64,000 nt of DNA, from NCBI GenBank assembly GCA_965213975.1, contig CBDCAR010000001.1:32134-96133 (forward strand), in the 5' to 3' direction. Source of the DNA: Candidatus Spongiisociaceae bacterium. GTDB lineage: Bacteria > Actinomycetota > Acidimicrobiia > Spongiisociales > Spongiisociaceae. A model generated the notes under the pieces. The model was given only the letters and a program-made list of their open reading frames with translations. It searched no databases and was not told the origin of the DNA. The translations under genes and the position numbers were made by a program. Below are positions 62,718-64,000 of the stretch, in pieces. Numbering within the stretch: the stretch's first letter is position 1; every line of letters begins with the position of its first letter.

Positions 62718-62777
62718 CTGCGCCTCCCCTGCTCGTTCTTAATCCTGTTCGGGTGCTCTATTTGGTGGTCAAGCGGT

Positions 62778-63230
62778 TTATCGTGTCCTTCTGACTTGGG
62801 CTCTGTAGTCCGGGTGGCGTCGGTGCCACTGGCCGATCATGGTTGCCTCTATCCGGCGTACTGCCCAGGGATACCACTCTCGACCCCGTTGTGTCTTGTC
62901 GCCAATGAACATCACCACCGCGACCTCACGACCGTCCGCTCGGTCGAACCAGACATAGGGAATGCGCAATATCGGTGGATCTTGGGCGTAGGGTGTATGG
63001 ACGGTCGGTGGTGTCCGCCGAAGAGCGAACGCCCGGAACCGTGAGGTCACGATCGGATGGCTCGCGTCTGCGGGCTGATAGCCCTCAATGTCATGGCCAT
63101 GATCCTCAAGTGCTCGCAGAAGCGCCACCACCTCACCTAGCAGTTCCATCAACCAGTGCTCAGATTCGGCCTTCGCCGAAAGATCCTCAAGCTGGCGAAC
63201 GAACTCTGGGTGATAGCGAACCTCTGCCAC
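62778..63230 (-). CDS. higB: RelE/HigB (Gp49-like) toxin
   Basis: Upstream of the HTH antitoxin; LRI.Y...AVVMFIGDK...WY..A. Confidence 0.7.
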   Translation of the reverse strand: MAEVRYHPEFVRQLEDLSAKAESEHWLMELLGEVVALLRALEDHGHDIEGYQPADASHPIVTSRFRAFALRRTPPTVHTPYAQDPPILRIPYVWFDRADGREVAVVMFIGDKTQRGREWYPWAVRRIEATMIGQWHRRHPDYRAQVRRTR

Positions 63231-63238
63231 ATTCCATC

Positions 63239-63260
63239 CATATACTCTTAACAGTATATG
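63239..63260. promoter_or_regulatory. Palindromic operator in the higBA promoter
   Basis: CATATACT-N6-AGTATATG immediately upstream of the toxin start. Confidence 0.7.
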
Positions 63261-63475
63261 TTATCAGAGGTATGCTGGGTCGGCAAGCCGTGGTCTAGAC
63301 AAGGACCAGAAGCGAAACCGGACAACGACTATCTGTCCAAGTTTGGATTCGCCCATTACGCGACCGGCGAAATGGGGTCACGGGTTCCGTCAGCGGGGGG
63401 TTAGCCGCAGGGTTCGTCCATACTCACCGACCCGTCAGGGCGTTCGTTCAGGTCGAACAGTCGGCTACTGATATT

Positions 63476-63509
63476 CGCCTACCCGCGGTGGTATTCAGCC
63501 GCGGGGATC
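63476..63509 (+). repeat. 34-bp direct repeat, right copy
   Basis: CGCCTACCCGCGGTGGTATTCAGCCGCGGGGATC. Confidence 0.85.
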
Positions 63510-63580
63510 TGTTGCTGCCTCCCGGATGGTGGTTCGTCTGGCTGTGCGGTAGGCGCGCAGGTCATGTCGAATCCGGGGTG

Positions 63581-63955
63581 CTAGTCACGGATGACGCCCA
63601 ACGCATCGAAAGCGGCAAACCGGTCTTCGTCGGTGGCCACGAACACGGCTGTAACGACTTCGCCGTCCCAGTTGGTGATCGCCAGCCGGAGGTCGTTAGC
63701 GCCCACCCATTCCCAGTGCGGACCCGACCGGTGGCCAACGACGAATCCGCCGCCGTTGCGGGCCGGAGAGTAGGTCATTCCTTGCCTGATTACCCCGTCA
63801 ACCTGGCTGCGGACTAGCACCCCATCGCCGCTGTAATCGGTGATGTAGTCGAAACTGCGAACAGCTGCGACGTACAGGTCGGCCGGTGGCTGTTCGCTGA
63901 CCCCCATGACGTAACGGTCGTCGTCTGACCACCAAGCCAGCGCCTGTCCAGTCAC
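63581..63955 (-). CDS. Hypothetical protein
   Basis: 124-aa protein-like ORF; start uncertain. Confidence 0.55.
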   Translation of the reverse strand: MTGQALAWWSDDDRYVMGVSEQPPADLYVAAVRSFDYITDYSGDGVLVRSQVDGVIRQGMTYSPARNGGGFVVGHRSGPHWEWVGANDLRLAITNWDGEVVTAVFVATDEDRFAAFDALGVIRD

Positions 63956-64000
63956 ATTGCCGAAGTCGTCTTCGATGTCATATAGCTCGAACGGACGTCC

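Noticed and set aside
1-64000. rRNA, tRNA, phage structural genes, replication initiator
   Set aside because: None recognised by eye. tRNAscan-SE and HMM searches would be needed to exclude divergent examples.

Overview
GC-rich actinobacterial DNA; the FCP-type SLH protein and leaderless TANNNT promoters suggest Acidimicrobiia (inference). It looks like part of a large conjugative plasmid or ICE, not core chromosome. Left to right: sbcD-sbcC (sbcC runs off the left edge); a leading-region-like block (ssb, Fic, two inactivated orphan DNA methyltransferases, AbiEii pair, many small Cys-rich ORFs); a tyrosine recombinase with its 111-bp site; a Type I RM operon; a 1782-aa DnaQ-RecQ-UvrD fusion; two Flp-like pilins with a GT-C glycosyltransferase; a secreted DUF1524 nuclease; a Type IIG RM enzyme; a Gram-positive-type conjugation cluster (TcpE, VirB4, giant frameshifted VirB6, M15-like peptidase); an SLH protein; a dense toxin-antitoxin field with a dif-like site; a NurA / PLD-ATPase / RecB-RNaseH nuclease operon; and higBA between 34-bp direct repeats. 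Most unusual: (1) a transposase-free TnpB element inside an MT-A70 gene with an exact 12-bp target duplication, plus three 5'-truncated copies sharing its 3' end; (2) two co-linear 111-bp recombination sites 36 kb apart in inverted orientation; (3) repeated loss of TA toxins with antitoxins kept. No rRNA, tRNA or CRISPR array was seen. All family calls come from motif recognition by eye; no database search was run.
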